DNA from: an uncultured archaeon
GTDB taxonomy: Archaea; Iainarchaeota; Iainarchaeia; Iainarchaeales; 1-14-0-10-31-34
Direction of reading: 5' to 3'
Assembly (NCBI GenBank): GCA_964608675.1
Contig: CAZSOZ010000003.1
Span: 10,900-74,899 of the forward strand
DNA: 64,000 nucleotides
The notes below the pieces were generated by a model that searched no databases, had not been told where the DNA came from, and saw only the letters and a program-made list of their open reading frames with translations. Every line of letters begins with the position of its first letter. Positions within the stretch are counted from its first letter, which is position 1. The translations under genes were made by a program, and so were the position numbers. This document shows, piece after piece, positions 42,685 to 52,460 of the stretch.

Positions 42685-42757
42685 AAATTTTTGTTTTAAG
42701 TAAAGAATTAGTAGAATATTCTGATTGAAAATGTTTTTTAATGCTTTTATTTTTTTG

Positions 42758-43660
42758 TCAGCATTTCTTTTCTTTTGATTTTTTGTTTTTCCTGAAATTA
42801 TGCATTATCCAAATTAAGGCAATTCCCAGAAAAAAGACTGTTAAAAGAATTAAGGTTGTCTGCAAATTCCATTCTGGTGTTTGTTCTGCAATTCTTTTGA
42901 ATGGAACTAAAAGGCTTCCTATAACCAATCCCAGCAAAACATATAATGTTTTACATCTGTTTTTTTGAAACAAAAAATTTATTGCTCTTGAAATAAAGAA
43001 CATTCCAATTAATGCTCCTGAAGCTGAAACCAAAAAATAATCTATTTTTTTTGGCAAATCAGAAAAAATATCTATCATGAATTCCCATAAACCCATTATC
43101 AGCAGAATAAATGAACCTGAAATTCCCGGCAGAAACATTGCACTTACTGCAAAAAAACCTCCTAAAAAAACATATAAATAGGAAGGAGCAGCATTAACCG
43201 GAACAAGAAATGCAAGTGATGCGCCTAATAAAAATCCTATTCCTCCAAATAAAATGTTTTGTTTTGAATGACTTTTAATGTCATCAAAAATTATTTTTGA
43301 TGAAGCAATAATTAATCCAGCAAAAAAAGAAACAGTTAAAGTAAAATAATTTTTTACTAAAAATTTGATTCCTTTTGAACCTAAAAATATTGCTGTTGCA
43401 ATTCCTAATCCTAAAGCCAACAAAAAAAATACATCGAGTTCTTTTAGGTTTTTTTTGAGTTCTTTTTTTGTTTCAGGGTTTTTGTTTGTAATGTATTTGA
43501 CTGCATTAAAAAAAAGTTTTGGAGAAATATTTGAAATGGATTTAATCATTTTATCGTAGATTCCTGTAATGAATGCAATTGTGCCTCCTGAAATCCCTGG
43601 AATTAAATCACATATTCCCATTAAAAGTCCTTTAAAATATAATTTTATTTTTTCGTTCAT
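42758..43660 (-). CDS. DUF368-family membrane protein
   Basis: DLIPGISGGTIAFITGIYDKM matches the GISRSG-like signature of DUF368. The protein is polytopic. Confidence 0.6.
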   Translation of the reverse strand: MNEKIKLYFKGLLMGICDLIPGISGGTIAFITGIYDKMIKSISNISPKLFFNAVKYITNKNPETKKELKKNLKELDVFFLLALGLGIATAIFLGSKGIKFLVKNYFTLTVSFFAGLIIASSKIIFDDIKSHSKQNILFGGIGFLLGASLAFLVPVNAAPSYLYVFLGGFFAVSAMFLPGISGSFILLIMGLWEFMIDIFSDLPKKIDYFLVSASGALIGMFFISRAINFLFQKNRCKTLYVLLGLVIGSLLVPFKRIAEQTPEWNLQTTLILLTVFFLGIALIWIMHNFRKNKKSKEKKC

Positions 43661-45253
43661 TTAAATCAGTTTTCCTAACCCTAAAAGAGATAAAATTACT
43701 CCTGTGAATCCTTCGCCTGCAATTAATCCTGCTGCAATAAGCCTTCCTTTTTCTGTCAGCTTTTTTTTGTCTGCAATTAATCTTATTATTCCTCCGATAA
43801 ACAAAGGAAAACTTAATTCTATTGGTACATATACTCCTATTCCGAATGCTGCAATAATTATTGCTGACTCAAAAAAAGATATAATTAATGCAAGGATTCC
43901 TCCAATTAAAATTCCAAGCAGTAAATTTCCGCTTAAAGTGTCTGCTTTAATTATTTCGCTTAATGCTACTGCTTGAGGTGCAGGAAGTTCAGGCCCTCCA
44001 AAAGAATAAGTTTGATTTAATGCAAGCAGTATTATTCCGATTACCATTCCTCCTATTATTACTCCGATTAATTGTGCAATAAACTGGTTTTTTGGTTTTG
44101 TTCCTAAAATAAATCCTGTTTTTAAGTCCTGCAGAGTGTCTCCTGCTATTCCTGCTGAAATACAGACTACTGTAGCAATTATTACAAGGAAAACTGCGTT
44201 GAATCCAAAAACAATTTTTGCAGCAATCAATACAATCATTGCAAATAATTCCATTGGATCAACATTCATTTCTCCTGTTATTCTTCCTCCAATGTATGCC
44301 ATTACAAATGCTCCGAGAATTGCAATTACTGCCAGAATCAAATTCATTTCTGTTATGATTGTGATTGTTCCTGTTAACACAATTAAAATTAATCCAATTA
44401 ATTTTCTGTTTTCTTTGAATGCTTCCTTCCAGTCAGAAAAAATGTTTTTTAATGCAGGAATTCCTTTAAGCAGAAAATACATTATTGCTGTTCCAATCAC
44501 TATTCCTATTCCTAATGGTTTAGTTAACTGGATTCCTGCAGTAATTTTGTCTGAAAAAATTCCGTTTGCTATAACATAAGGCAGAATAAAAAAATATGAA
44601 GTCACTGCTCCTAAAAACCATATTCCTGTAAATTTTGGTCCAATCAAGTATCCTCCGGAAAAAGGAATTAATGAAATGCTTGAACCCAAAGAAAACAGTT
44701 TTGAAAAAGAAACTTTCAGTGAATCCAAATTAATAAAAGATGGAATTATTTTCAGGTAATCCCGCAAAAAAGAAAAAATTATTCCTAAACCAAACATTCC
44801 TGCAAGAACTTTTATTTTTTTTCCTTTTTGGTCTCCTGCTAAAATAATTGATGCTGCTGCTTTTCCGTCTGCATACTCTAATTGTTCTTTTTCTATCATT
44901 TGTTTTCTTAACGGAACAGAAAAAATTACTCCTGTTATTCCTCCAACCAAAGAAATTATTGTAATGTCAGTTAAAGAAATCTGCATTCCGATTATATACA
45001 AAGCCGGAACAGTAAAAATTATTCCTGCTGCAAGAAGACCTCCTGCAGAAGCAATTGTTTGCGCTACATTAACTTCGTTTTTGTTTGTGTTTCCAAGCAA
45101 ATTTAAAATTCCTAAAGCCATTATTGATGCAGTTGTAATAGGCCAGTAAACTCCTCCTATTTTGAGTCCGGCAAAAGCAGAATACATGGTAACAATTACT
45201 GCCAGAACGCTTCCGATTAACACTGCTCTTAAACTGAGTTCTTTCATTTGCAT
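43661..45253 (-). CDS. OPT-family oligopeptide transporter
   Basis: 530 aa with about 15 TM segments. The N-terminus [27 protein letters not shown] is typical of the OPT superfamily. Confidence 0.65.
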   Translation of the reverse strand: MQMKELSLRAVLIGSVLAVIVTMYSAFAGLKIGGVYWPITTASIMALGILNLLGNTNKNEVNVAQTIASAGGLLAAGIIFTVPALYIIGMQISLTDITIISLVGGITGVIFSVPLRKQMIEKEQLEYADGKAAASIILAGDQKGKKIKVLAGMFGLGIIFSFLRDYLKIIPSFINLDSLKVSFSKLFSLGSSISLIPFSGGYLIGPKFTGIWFLGAVTSYFFILPYVIANGIFSDKITAGIQLTKPLGIGIVIGTAIMYFLLKGIPALKNIFSDWKEAFKENRKLIGLILIVLTGTITIITEMNLILAVIAILGAFVMAYIGGRITGEMNVDPMELFAMIVLIAAKIVFGFNAVFLVIIATVVCISAGIAGDTLQDLKTGFILGTKPKNQFIAQLIGVIIGGMVIGIILLALNQTYSFGGPELPAPQAVALSEIIKADTLSGNLLLGILIGGILALIISFFESAIIIAAFGIGVYVPIELSFPLFIGGIIRLIADKKKLTEKGRLIAAGLIAGEGFTGVILSLLGLGKLI

Positions 45254-45315
45254 TAAATGTTCAACAATACCTTTTTTATTTTATTTCTTTCAGTTTTAAT
45301 GCAGGAGGTTTATTT

Positions 45316-45867
45316 ATGCTTGAATGGATTGCATTAATTTTAGTTATAGTTCTTTTGGGTTTTCTTGTTTTAATTTACAACGGTTTAATTGTAAAAAGAA
45401 ACAGAGTGGATAATGCTTGGAGCCAGATTGATGTTCAATTAAAAAAGAGAGCAGATTTAGTTCCTAATTTGGTTGAAACAGTTAAAGGTTATGCAAGGCA
45501 CGAAAAACAGGTTTTTGAAAACGTTACAAAAGCAAGAACTCAGGTAATGAAAGCAGGAGACAACGTCCAAAAAAAAGCTGAAGCAGAAAACATGTTAACC
45601 GGAGCACTAAAATCTTTGTTTGCTGTAGCTGAAGCTTATCCTGACTTGAAGGCAAACGAAAACTTTAAGCTTTTGCAGGAACAACTTGATGGAATTGAAT
45701 CCAAGATTGCTTATGCAAGGCAGTTTTACAATGATTCTGTTTTGGATTACAATAATTCAATTCAGGTTTTTCCAAACAATGTTTTGGCAGGAATGTTTGG
45801 CTTTAAAGAAAAAGAATTTTTTGAAGTGGAAGAATCAGCTAGAACTGCACCAAAAGTCAGTTTCTGA
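45316..45867 (+). CDS. lemA: LemA-family protein
   Basis: N-terminal TM, then [53 protein letters not shown], which is the LemA signature. Confidence 0.8.
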   Translation: MLEWIALILVIVLLGFLVLIYNGLIVKRNRVDNAWSQIDVQLKKRADLVPNLVETVKGYARHEKQVFENVTKARTQVMKAGDNVQKKAEAENMLTGALKSLFAVAEAYPDLKANENFKLLQEQLDGIESKIAYARQFYNDSVLDYNNSIQVFPNNVLAGMFGFKEKEFFEVEESARTAPKVSF

Positions 45868-45897
45868 CTTTCTTCTTTTTTCTTTTTTTTTTATTTT

Positions 45898-46839
45898 TTG
45901 TTGTCAAATTTAAATATATTTCTTTTCAGTATTATTTGTGGTTTAATGATTTATGACAGAATTGCAGTAAACAAAAGAAACTCAATTTTATTGTTTGCAT
46001 TTTTTTTTATTTTCATTTTATTTTTAGGATGGATTTTTGGAGAAATTTTTGGCTGGGGATTGTTTGGATTAATTTTTGCTTTTCTTTTGGCTTTATTTTT
46101 GATTTTTATTTCTTATTATAAAAGTGATTCTTTGGTTTTGTCTGTTTCTAAAGCAAAACCGGTTAAAGAAAAAGAATGGCCTCATTTATATCATTCAGTT
46201 GAAGGCCTTGCAATTGCTGCAGGCATTCCCAAGCCAAAACTGTATATGATTGATGACACTGCAATTAATGCTTTTGCTACCGGTCGTGACCCTGAACACG
46301 CGGTGATTGTTGTAACTAAAGGAGCAGCAACAAGGCTGGATAGACTTGAATTAGAGGGAGTTATTGCTCATGAAATGTCTCACATAAAAAATTATGATAT
46401 AAGGTTCATGATGCTTGTCACTGTAATGGTTGGAACTGCTGCTTTGTTAAGCAATATTATTTTGAGGAGTTTTTTGTGGGGAGGTCATTCCGGAAATAGG
46501 AGAGGTGGAGGAGGAGCTCAATTGGCATTAATTGCTTTAGGTTTAATTTTTGCTGTATTAACTCCTTTTATTGCTCAGGCAATTAAGTTTGCTATTTCAA
46601 GGAAAAGGGAATTTCTTGCAGATGCAGACGGAGCATTATTAACTCGTTATCCAAAAGGGCTGGCTGATGCTTTAAGGAAAATTAATGCTGATGCAGAACC
46701 ATTAGAGGTAGCGAATGAGGCAACAGAAAATTTGTATATTTCTAATCCCTTCAAGAAAAAACATAAATCTTGGTTTAAGGGAATGTTTAACACTCATCCT
46801 CCTTTAGAAGACAGAATAGCAGCTTTGGATAAAATGTGA
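45898..46839 (+). CDS. htpX: M48 zinc metalloprotease HtpX
   Basis: HEMSHIKNYD (HExxH) sits between TM segments. The C-terminal region has a conserved Glu (EFLAD). Confidence 0.8.
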   Translation: MLSNLNIFLFSIICGLMIYDRIAVNKRNSILLFAFFFIFILFLGWIFGEIFGWGLFGLIFAFLLALFLIFISYYKSDSLVLSVSKAKPVKEKEWPHLYHSVEGLAIAAGIPKPKLYMIDDTAINAFATGRDPEHAVIVVTKGAATRLDRLELEGVIAHEMSHIKNYDIRFMMLVTVMVGTAALLSNIILRSFLWGGHSGNRRGGGGAQLALIALGLIFAVLTPFIAQAIKFAISRKREFLADADGALLTRYPKGLADALRKINADAEPLEVANEATENLYISNPFKKKHKSWFKGMFNTHPPLEDRIAALDKM

Positions 46840-46875
46840 AGAATAAATACTTTTTCTTTTTATTAATTTGTTTGT

Positions 46876-47538
46876 ATGAATAAACCTTTTCTTTTTGGAG
46901 TTTCAACAGCCAACAGAGGTTTTTTACAGGATTTTTTTCGGGTTATTCACGAAAAAAATATTTCAGTTAAAGATAATATCGGAGTTGAATACACTCGTTA
47001 TCATTATGACAGCCTGCCAAGAACCCAACAGGATTTTTTTTGGAAAGGGGTTATTGATTCTCTTAAAAGAAAGGGGTTCAAGGAAATTGTTTTTCTTGAC
47101 GACCATAAAACAAGAATGCAAATTGATGCAGTTCATGAAAAAGGCCGTCCTTTAACTGAAAAAGAAGCAGAACTTGTTTTTGAAAGAGAAAAAATTTTTA
47201 AACAAAGGTTTTCTGATTGCAGGGCAGGAATTTTAGGTGCAGCACATGCATTAAATTTAAAGCAGGACCTTAAAGCCAATGTTTATTTGGATTCTATTTC
47301 TTTTTTAATGCATTCAAAAAATTTGATTCCTCTTAATGCAATTGATTTGCTTGATAAAAGAAAAAGTCTTGCAAGATATTTTGTTGTGCAGGATATTTTG
47401 TCTGGAAAAATCAGGCTTCAAAAAGGTTTTGTTAAAGTGACTAAAATAAAAACAAAAAAGAAATCCACAAAAAAAAAATTTAAGAGAAGAAGAAAGCCGG
47501 CAAAAACTATTTTAAATCAGAGAAGAAAACCTAAATAA
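46876..47538 (+). CDS. Hypothetical protein with a strongly basic C-terminal tail
   Basis: 220 aa. The tail is KIKTKKKSTKKKFKRRRKPAKTILNQRRKPK. Confidence 0.4.
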   Translation: MNKPFLFGVSTANRGFLQDFFRVIHEKNISVKDNIGVEYTRYHYDSLPRTQQDFFWKGVIDSLKRKGFKEIVFLDDHKTRMQIDAVHEKGRPLTEKEAELVFEREKIFKQRFSDCRAGILGAAHALNLKQDLKANVYLDSISFLMHSKNLIPLNAIDLLDKRKSLARYFVVQDILSGKIRLQKGFVKVTKIKTKKKSTKKKFKRRRKPAKTILNQRRKPK

Positions 47539-48307
47539 AAGCGTTTTTTAGTGCGTGCCTGCATTCACAGTCTTTTTGTGTGTCTATTATTGGAACAACT
47601 TTTTTGATTAATTGCTTTAATTTTTTACTGTTTTCTTTCATTATTTTGAGAACGCTTTCCACGTTTACAGGAGTTTTTTTCCATACATCATAATCGGTTA
47701 TTGTTGCAATTGAAGCATAACAAATTTCTGCTTCTCTTGCCAGAACTGTTTCTGGAACCAAAGTCATTCCAATTACATCTGCATTCCATTTTCTAAAAAG
47801 CATGCTTTCTGCTTTGGTTGAAAACCTTGGGCCTTCAATTACAATGCAGGTTCCTTTTTCATGAAAACCAAATTTTAGTTCTTTTGCTGATTGAATCAAT
47901 TTTTTTCTTAAATCAGAGCAGAATGGTTCTGCAACAGAAATATGACATACTTTGTTTTTGTCGTAAAAAGTCTGCTGTCTTTTTGTGGTTTTGTCTATGA
48001 ATTGGTCAACAAAAACAAATTCTCCTGGCTTAAATTTTTCTTTCAGGCTTCCTACTGCTGATGAAGCCAGAATTTTTTTTGCTCCAATTTCTTTTAGTGC
48101 TTTAATGTTTGCACGATAATTCACGTTTGTGGGGTTGATTGTATGTTTTGTTCCGTGCCTTGAAAGCAATGCAACTTTTTTTCCTGATATTTCTCCGATT
48201 TTAATTGTGCTTGAAGGTTCGCCGAATTCAGTTGAAATTTTTTTTTCTTCTTTTAATTTAAATAAATCAGGGTCTTCAAATCCTGTTCCACCTATTAATC
48301 CAATCAT
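47531..48307 (-). CDS. mtnP: S-methyl-5'-thioadenosine phosphorylase
   Basis: The N-terminus MIGLIGGTGFEDPDL and the PNP/MTAP family architecture. 258 aa. Confidence 0.8.
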   Translation of the reverse strand: MIGLIGGTGFEDPDLFKLKEEKKISTEFGEPSSTIKIGEISGKKVALLSRHGTKHTINPTNVNYRANIKALKEIGAKKILASSAVGSLKEKFKPGEFVFVDQFIDKTTKRQQTFYDKNKVCHISVAEPFCSDLRKKLIQSAKELKFGFHEKGTCIVIEGPRFSTKAESMLFRKWNADVIGMTLVPETVLAREAEICYASIATITDYDVWKKTPVNVESVLKIMKENSKKLKQLIKKVVPIIDTQKDCECRHALKNAFI

Positions 48308-48314
48308 TTTTTTT

Positions 48315-48836
48315 TCACTCTGAACTGTAATTAATTAAAGAAAAAACTTTGTAGGGCTTTAATTTTTTTCTTCCTTTCAAAAAACTTAATTCAATTAAAA
48401 AACAAAATCCAATTATTTTTCCGCCGGCTTTTTCAATTAATTCTGCTGTTGCTTTTGCTGTGCCTCCTGTTGCCAGCAAATCATCTACAATTAAAACGTT
48501 CTCGTTTTTTTTTACTGCATCCAAATGCATTTCAAGTTTGTCTTTTCCATATTCTTTTTGATAGCTTGCTTTTTGTGTTTTAAAAGGAAGTTTTCCAGGT
48601 TTTCTTATTGGAATAAAAGATGCATTTAATTTGTATGCAATTATTGCTCCAAAAATGAATCCTCTTGCTTCTGTTCCTGCCACTACATTAATTTTTTTGT
48701 TTTTGAAGGGCTCCAGCATTCCTTGAACTGCTTTTTTTACTGCTTTTGGGTCTTGAAGCAATGTTGTTATGTCTTTGAATATTATTCCTTTTTTTGGAAA
48801 ATTTGGAATGCTTCTGATTTTTTCTTTTAAGTACAT
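48315..48836 (-). CDS. apt: Adenine phosphoribosyltransferase
   Basis: PRPP-binding motif VLIVDDLLATGGTAKA. 173 aa. Confidence 0.85.
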   Translation of the reverse strand: MYLKEKIRSIPNFPKKGIIFKDITTLLQDPKAVKKAVQGMLEPFKNKKINVVAGTEARGFIFGAIIAYKLNASFIPIRKPGKLPFKTQKASYQKEYGKDKLEMHLDAVKKNENVLIVDDLLATGGTAKATAELIEKAGGKIIGFCFLIELSFLKGRKKLKPYKVFSLINYSSE

Positions 48837-48851
48837 TAACTCACTTTTTTT

Positions 48852-49814
48852 TTATTGTTTTATTTTTTTTCTCCAGTAATCAAGCAAATCCTGCATTGTT
48901 TTTTCAAAGGGAATTTCAGGTTTCCATCCTGTTTGTTTTCTGAATTTAGTTGAATCTCCTAATAAAATTTGCACGTCTGACGGCCTTAATCTTTTGGGGT
49001 CTTGTTTTACTTCAAATTCTATTTTGCTTATTTTTTGGAGTATGTCAACTATTATTTGTATTTTGTATGCTTTTCCTGAAGCAATATTGTATACTTCTCC
49101 GGGAATTCCTTTTTCTGTTGCAAGCCAGTATGCTTTAACCATGTCTCTTACGTCTGTGTAATCTCTTTTTGCTTCAAGGTTTCCTACTTTTAATACAGGT
49201 TCTTGTTCTCCTGTTTCCATTAATGCAACTTGTTTTGCAAAATTGCTTGTAACGTATTGTTCTCCTCTTCTGGGGCCTTCATGATTAAAGGCTCTTGTTC
49301 TGATGATTTTTAATCCATAGCTTTTATTGTACTGGTAGCCAAGCAAATCCATTGCCACTTTGCTTACCCCATAAGGACTTAATGGCCTTAATGGATTGTC
49401 TTCTGTTATTGGAACTTCGTTTTCTTTTACTAATCCGTATTCTTCGCTTGAGCCTGCAATTTGAATTCTTATCTCTTTGTTGTGTTTTTTTATTGCTTCA
49501 AAAATATTTAATGGCCCGAAAATGTTTGCGTTCATTGTTTCTATTGGAGATTTCCATGAACTTGGCACAAAAGCCTGTGCAGCTAAATGAAAAATGTATT
49601 CAGGGCTGATTTCTTCTATTGTTTTGTCTACTCCATATGAATCAGTTATGTCGCATTCTACTAAATTTATTTTTTTGTTTATTTCTTTGATGTTTGATAA
49701 GTCTTCGTTTTTTCTGTAGGTTCCGTATATTTCTCCTAATTTGTTTTCCAGAATATATTCGCTTAAATGGCTTCCTACAAAACCATTTATTCCTGTTATT
49801 AATACTTTTTTCAT
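48852..49814 (-). CDS. NAD-dependent NDP-sugar dehydratase/epimerase (GDP-mannose 4,6-dehydratase-like SDR)
   Basis: KVLITGINGFVGSHL Rossmann motif, a YGVSK catalytic Tyr-x3-Lys, and FNHEGPRRGEQYVT resembling the GMD HESPRRG motif. Confidence 0.65.
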   Translation of the reverse strand: MKKVLITGINGFVGSHLSEYILENKLGEIYGTYRKNEDLSNIKEINKKINLVECDITDSYGVDKTIEEISPEYIFHLAAQAFVPSSWKSPIETMNANIFGPLNIFEAIKKHNKEIRIQIAGSSEEYGLVKENEVPITEDNPLRPLSPYGVSKVAMDLLGYQYNKSYGLKIIRTRAFNHEGPRRGEQYVTSNFAKQVALMETGEQEPVLKVGNLEAKRDYTDVRDMVKAYWLATEKGIPGEVYNIASGKAYKIQIIVDILQKISKIEFEVKQDPKRLRPSDVQILLGDSTKFRKQTGWKPEIPFEKTMQDLLDYWRKKIKQ

Positions 49815-49832
49815 TCAACCACCTTTAAAAAA

Positions 49833-50678
49833 TTAAATTATTCCTTTCCATTTATTTTTTGCTTTTTCGTATCTTTCTATGGTGTCTGTGGGAAACCATT
49901 GCCCGTTGTAAACATATCCGTATAATTTTCCTTCTTCGCTTAATTTTGGAAAAACTGCTTCTTCAATTAAAGAGTATCCTTTTGGAAGCATGTCAATTAC
50001 TTCGGGTTTTAGAATATATGTCCCTGAATTAATTAAATTTGATTCTGGTTTAACTGGTTTTTCTATGAATCTTTTTATTTGGTTTCCTTGCAATTCAATT
50101 ACTCCAAAGTTTTTGGGGTCTTTAACTGAAGTTAATGCAATTGTTGCATATGCATTATTTTTTTTGTGGAATGTGTGCATGTCATTCAGGTTAATGTTTG
50201 TTAGGTTGTCTCCGTTGAACATAAGAAATTCGTCAAGAAGCAAATTTTTTGCAAGCCTTAACGGCCCGCCTGTTCCTAATGGTTTTTTTTCTATAACGTA
50301 TTCAATGTTCATATCCCATTTTTCTCCTGTTCCAAAGTATTCTTTGATTTGTTCTGCTTTATATCCTAAAGCCATAACTGCGTTTTTTACATGATATTTT
50401 GAAAGCAGTTCAATTACGTATTCTAAAATAGGTTTTCCTTTTATTCCAATCATTGGTTTTGGCGTATTGTTTGTCAAAGGCCTTAATCTTGTTCCTTTTC
50501 CTCCTGCTAGAATAAATGCTGTTGACAAATCAGCGCTTTGAATTGCTTTTCTTACAAGATATTCGACTGCATGGCTTCGGTTTCTGATTTTTTGTCCGTC
50601 AATTTTTTTGTCTATTGCGTTTAGAACTCCGGAATCAATATTAATAGTAACCCTTTCCTTTTCATTTTTTTTGTTCAT
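49833..50678 (-). CDS. Sugar-phosphate nucleotidyltransferase with an N-terminal ribbon-helix-helix (CopG-like) domain
   Basis: N-terminal RVTINIDSGVLNAIDKKIDGQKIRNRSHAVEYLVRKAI (RHH). This is followed by ILAGGKGTRLRPLTNNTPKPMIGIKGKPILEY, the NTP_transferase signature. Confidence 0.7.
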   Translation of the reverse strand: MNKKNEKERVTINIDSGVLNAIDKKIDGQKIRNRSHAVEYLVRKAIQSADLSTAFILAGGKGTRLRPLTNNTPKPMIGIKGKPILEYVIELLSKYHVKNAVMALGYKAEQIKEYFGTGEKWDMNIEYVIEKKPLGTGGPLRLAKNLLLDEFLMFNGDNLTNINLNDMHTFHKKNNAYATIALTSVKDPKNFGVIELQGNQIKRFIEKPVKPESNLINSGTYILKPEVIDMLPKGYSLIEEAVFPKLSEEGKLYGYVYNGQWFPTDTIERYEKAKNKWKGII

Positions 50679-50753
50679 AATTTTTCATATTATTTATGAT
50701 TACATTCCTTTTAAAAATTAACCGTTGTTTTATTTTTTTTAGGTTTTTTTTGC

Positions 50754-51566
50754 ATGCTTGGAATAAGTTCTAGTTATTTTGCTTCAAGGGGTTTTTCTGT
50801 TTATGATTCAGTTCAGCAGGCGTATTCTTTGGGTTTTAAGGCAATTGAATTAGGTGCAGCGCATTCTTTTGAAGAAAATTTAAATGAAACAATCCAAAAA
50901 ATTCATGACGATTTTGATGTGTTTTTTACTTTGCATGGATTGTTTCCCCCAAGAAAAGAAAAAGTCTGGTTTAATCCTTCTTTGGGTTTAACTCAAACAA
51001 ATAAAGAAATTATTGATTCTTTTTTTGTTTTTGCTGAACTGGCCGGCGCAAAACTTATTGGCTTTCATCCAGGTTTTTTGTTTGAAGTTTCTTATGTTGA
51101 AAAACAGGGTTTTGGGGAAACCAAAAATTTAAGGCCTTTGGAAAAAACTGTTTCCTGGAATAATTTGTTTGATGTAATGAATTATTTTAAAGAAAAAAAC
51201 AGCAATAAATTTTTTCTTGCAATTGAAAATATTACTTCAACTGAAGAAAAAGCTTTGGTTTACGGAAAAAATTTTGAGAAAGTTTTCAGTAAATTTCCTT
51301 TTTTTGGTTTGCTTTTTGATTTAGGGCATTCTATTACAGACAAAACTTATTCTGATTTAATGGAATTCAAAGACAAAATACAGGAAATTCATTTGCATAA
51401 ACCTGAAGGAAAAAAAATCCATCTGCCTGTTTCTGAAAAAGACCTTGAACTGCTTAAGCCAATAAAGCAAATCAATTCAATTCCTGTTATAATTGAGCAT
51501 TTTAAGGGAATAACAGAAAAACAAATCCTTGAAGAAAAAGAATTGTTTGAATCTTTTTTTGGTTAA
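50754..51566 (+). CDS. Sugar phosphate isomerase/epimerase-like TIM-barrel protein
   Basis: 270-aa ORF. The call rests on length and a weak resemblance to the xylose-isomerase-like TIM-barrel family (GFKAIELG..., HPGF...). The resemblance is weak, so confidence is low. Confidence 0.4.
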   Translation: MLGISSSYFASRGFSVYDSVQQAYSLGFKAIELGAAHSFEENLNETIQKIHDDFDVFFTLHGLFPPRKEKVWFNPSLGLTQTNKEIIDSFFVFAELAGAKLIGFHPGFLFEVSYVEKQGFGETKNLRPLEKTVSWNNLFDVMNYFKEKNSNKFFLAIENITSTEEKALVYGKNFEKVFSKFPFFGLLFDLGHSITDKTYSDLMEFKDKIQEIHLHKPEGKKIHLPVSEKDLELLKPIKQINSIPVIIEHFKGITEKQILEEKELFESFFG

Positions 51567-52369
51567 ATCATTTTTTTGGCTTTTTCGTAGTCTTTTTTTG
51601 TGTTAATGTTTAAGTAGATTCCTTGGAAAGGGTATCCTGTTAGAAGTCCTTTTTTTGCAAGTTTTGGGAATAAGTCGTTTGAAATGCTTTTCATGTTTCT
51701 TGAAATGTATTTGAATATTTCAGGTTCAAAAATATAGTAGCCTGCATTAATCAGATAACTTGAAGCTTCTGTTTTTGGTTTTTCTTTGAATTCAGTTATT
51801 TTTTTTCCTTGTAATACTGCTACTCCGTAATCTTTTGGGTTGTTTACGGTTGTTAATGCAATTGTTGCAGTTGATTTGTTTGCCTGATGAAATGAAAGCA
51901 TTTCATTTAAATTAAGACTGCATAATGTGTCTCCGTTTGCCACCAGAAAAGTGTCTTTTAGCTGGTTTTTCATTCTCAGCAAAGGCTCTATTGTTCCTGA
52001 TGCTTTTTCTAATTCAAGAAATTCTGCATCAATCTTTTTTTGGTTTATTTCTTGAATTATTTCTTCTTTTTCTGCATCCATGCTGACAGTAATTTTTCCT
52101 GCATTGAATTCCTGTAAATAGTTTATTACTCTTTCAATTAATGTTTTATTATTTAATTCCAGAAGAAACCTGCTTTTTTTTCCTGTTCCTTTAATGAAAT
52201 CTTTTCCTCCTGCTAAAACAATTGAATTTTTTATTTTGTAGTCTGAAAGTGTTTTGGATAAAAGGTATTCTACTGCCTGGCTTCTGCTTCTGATGCTTAA
52301 TCCGTCCACTATTCTGTCTACCTGCTTTAATATATCGTCTTTTATTGTAATTGTAATTCGTTCTCTCAT
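51563..52369 (-). CDS. Second sugar-phosphate nucleotidyltransferase with an N-terminal RHH domain
   Basis: RITITIKDDILKQVDRIVDGLSIRSRSQAVEYLLSK (RHH). An NTP_transferase body follows (VLAGGKD... NGDTLCSLN). Confidence 0.7.
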   Translation of the reverse strand: MRERITITIKDDILKQVDRIVDGLSIRSRSQAVEYLLSKTLSDYKIKNSIVLAGGKDFIKGTGKKSRFLLELNNKTLIERVINYLQEFNAGKITVSMDAEKEEIIQEINQKKIDAEFLELEKASGTIEPLLRMKNQLKDTFLVANGDTLCSLNLNEMLSFHQANKSTATIALTTVNNPKDYGVAVLQGKKITEFKEKPKTEASSYLINAGYYIFEPEIFKYISRNMKSISNDLFPKLAKKGLLTGYPFQGIYLNINTKKDYEKAKKMI

Positions 52370-52460
52370 ACTTTCTCATACTATGTATGAGTCATTCTTA
52401 TTTTAAAATCTTTTTATGCCATTTTACTTTATTGTTTATTTTTTTTGGGAAGTGATTTTT

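Noticed and set aside
52416-52460. 15-aa hydrophobic N-terminal leader (MPFYFIVYFFWEVIF) on UDP-glucose dehydrogenase
   Set aside because: Nucleotide-sugar dehydrogenases begin directly with the Rossmann beta1 strand (MKI.VIGTGYVG). The in-frame TTG at 52461 gives exactly that. The upstream ATG is likely not the start.
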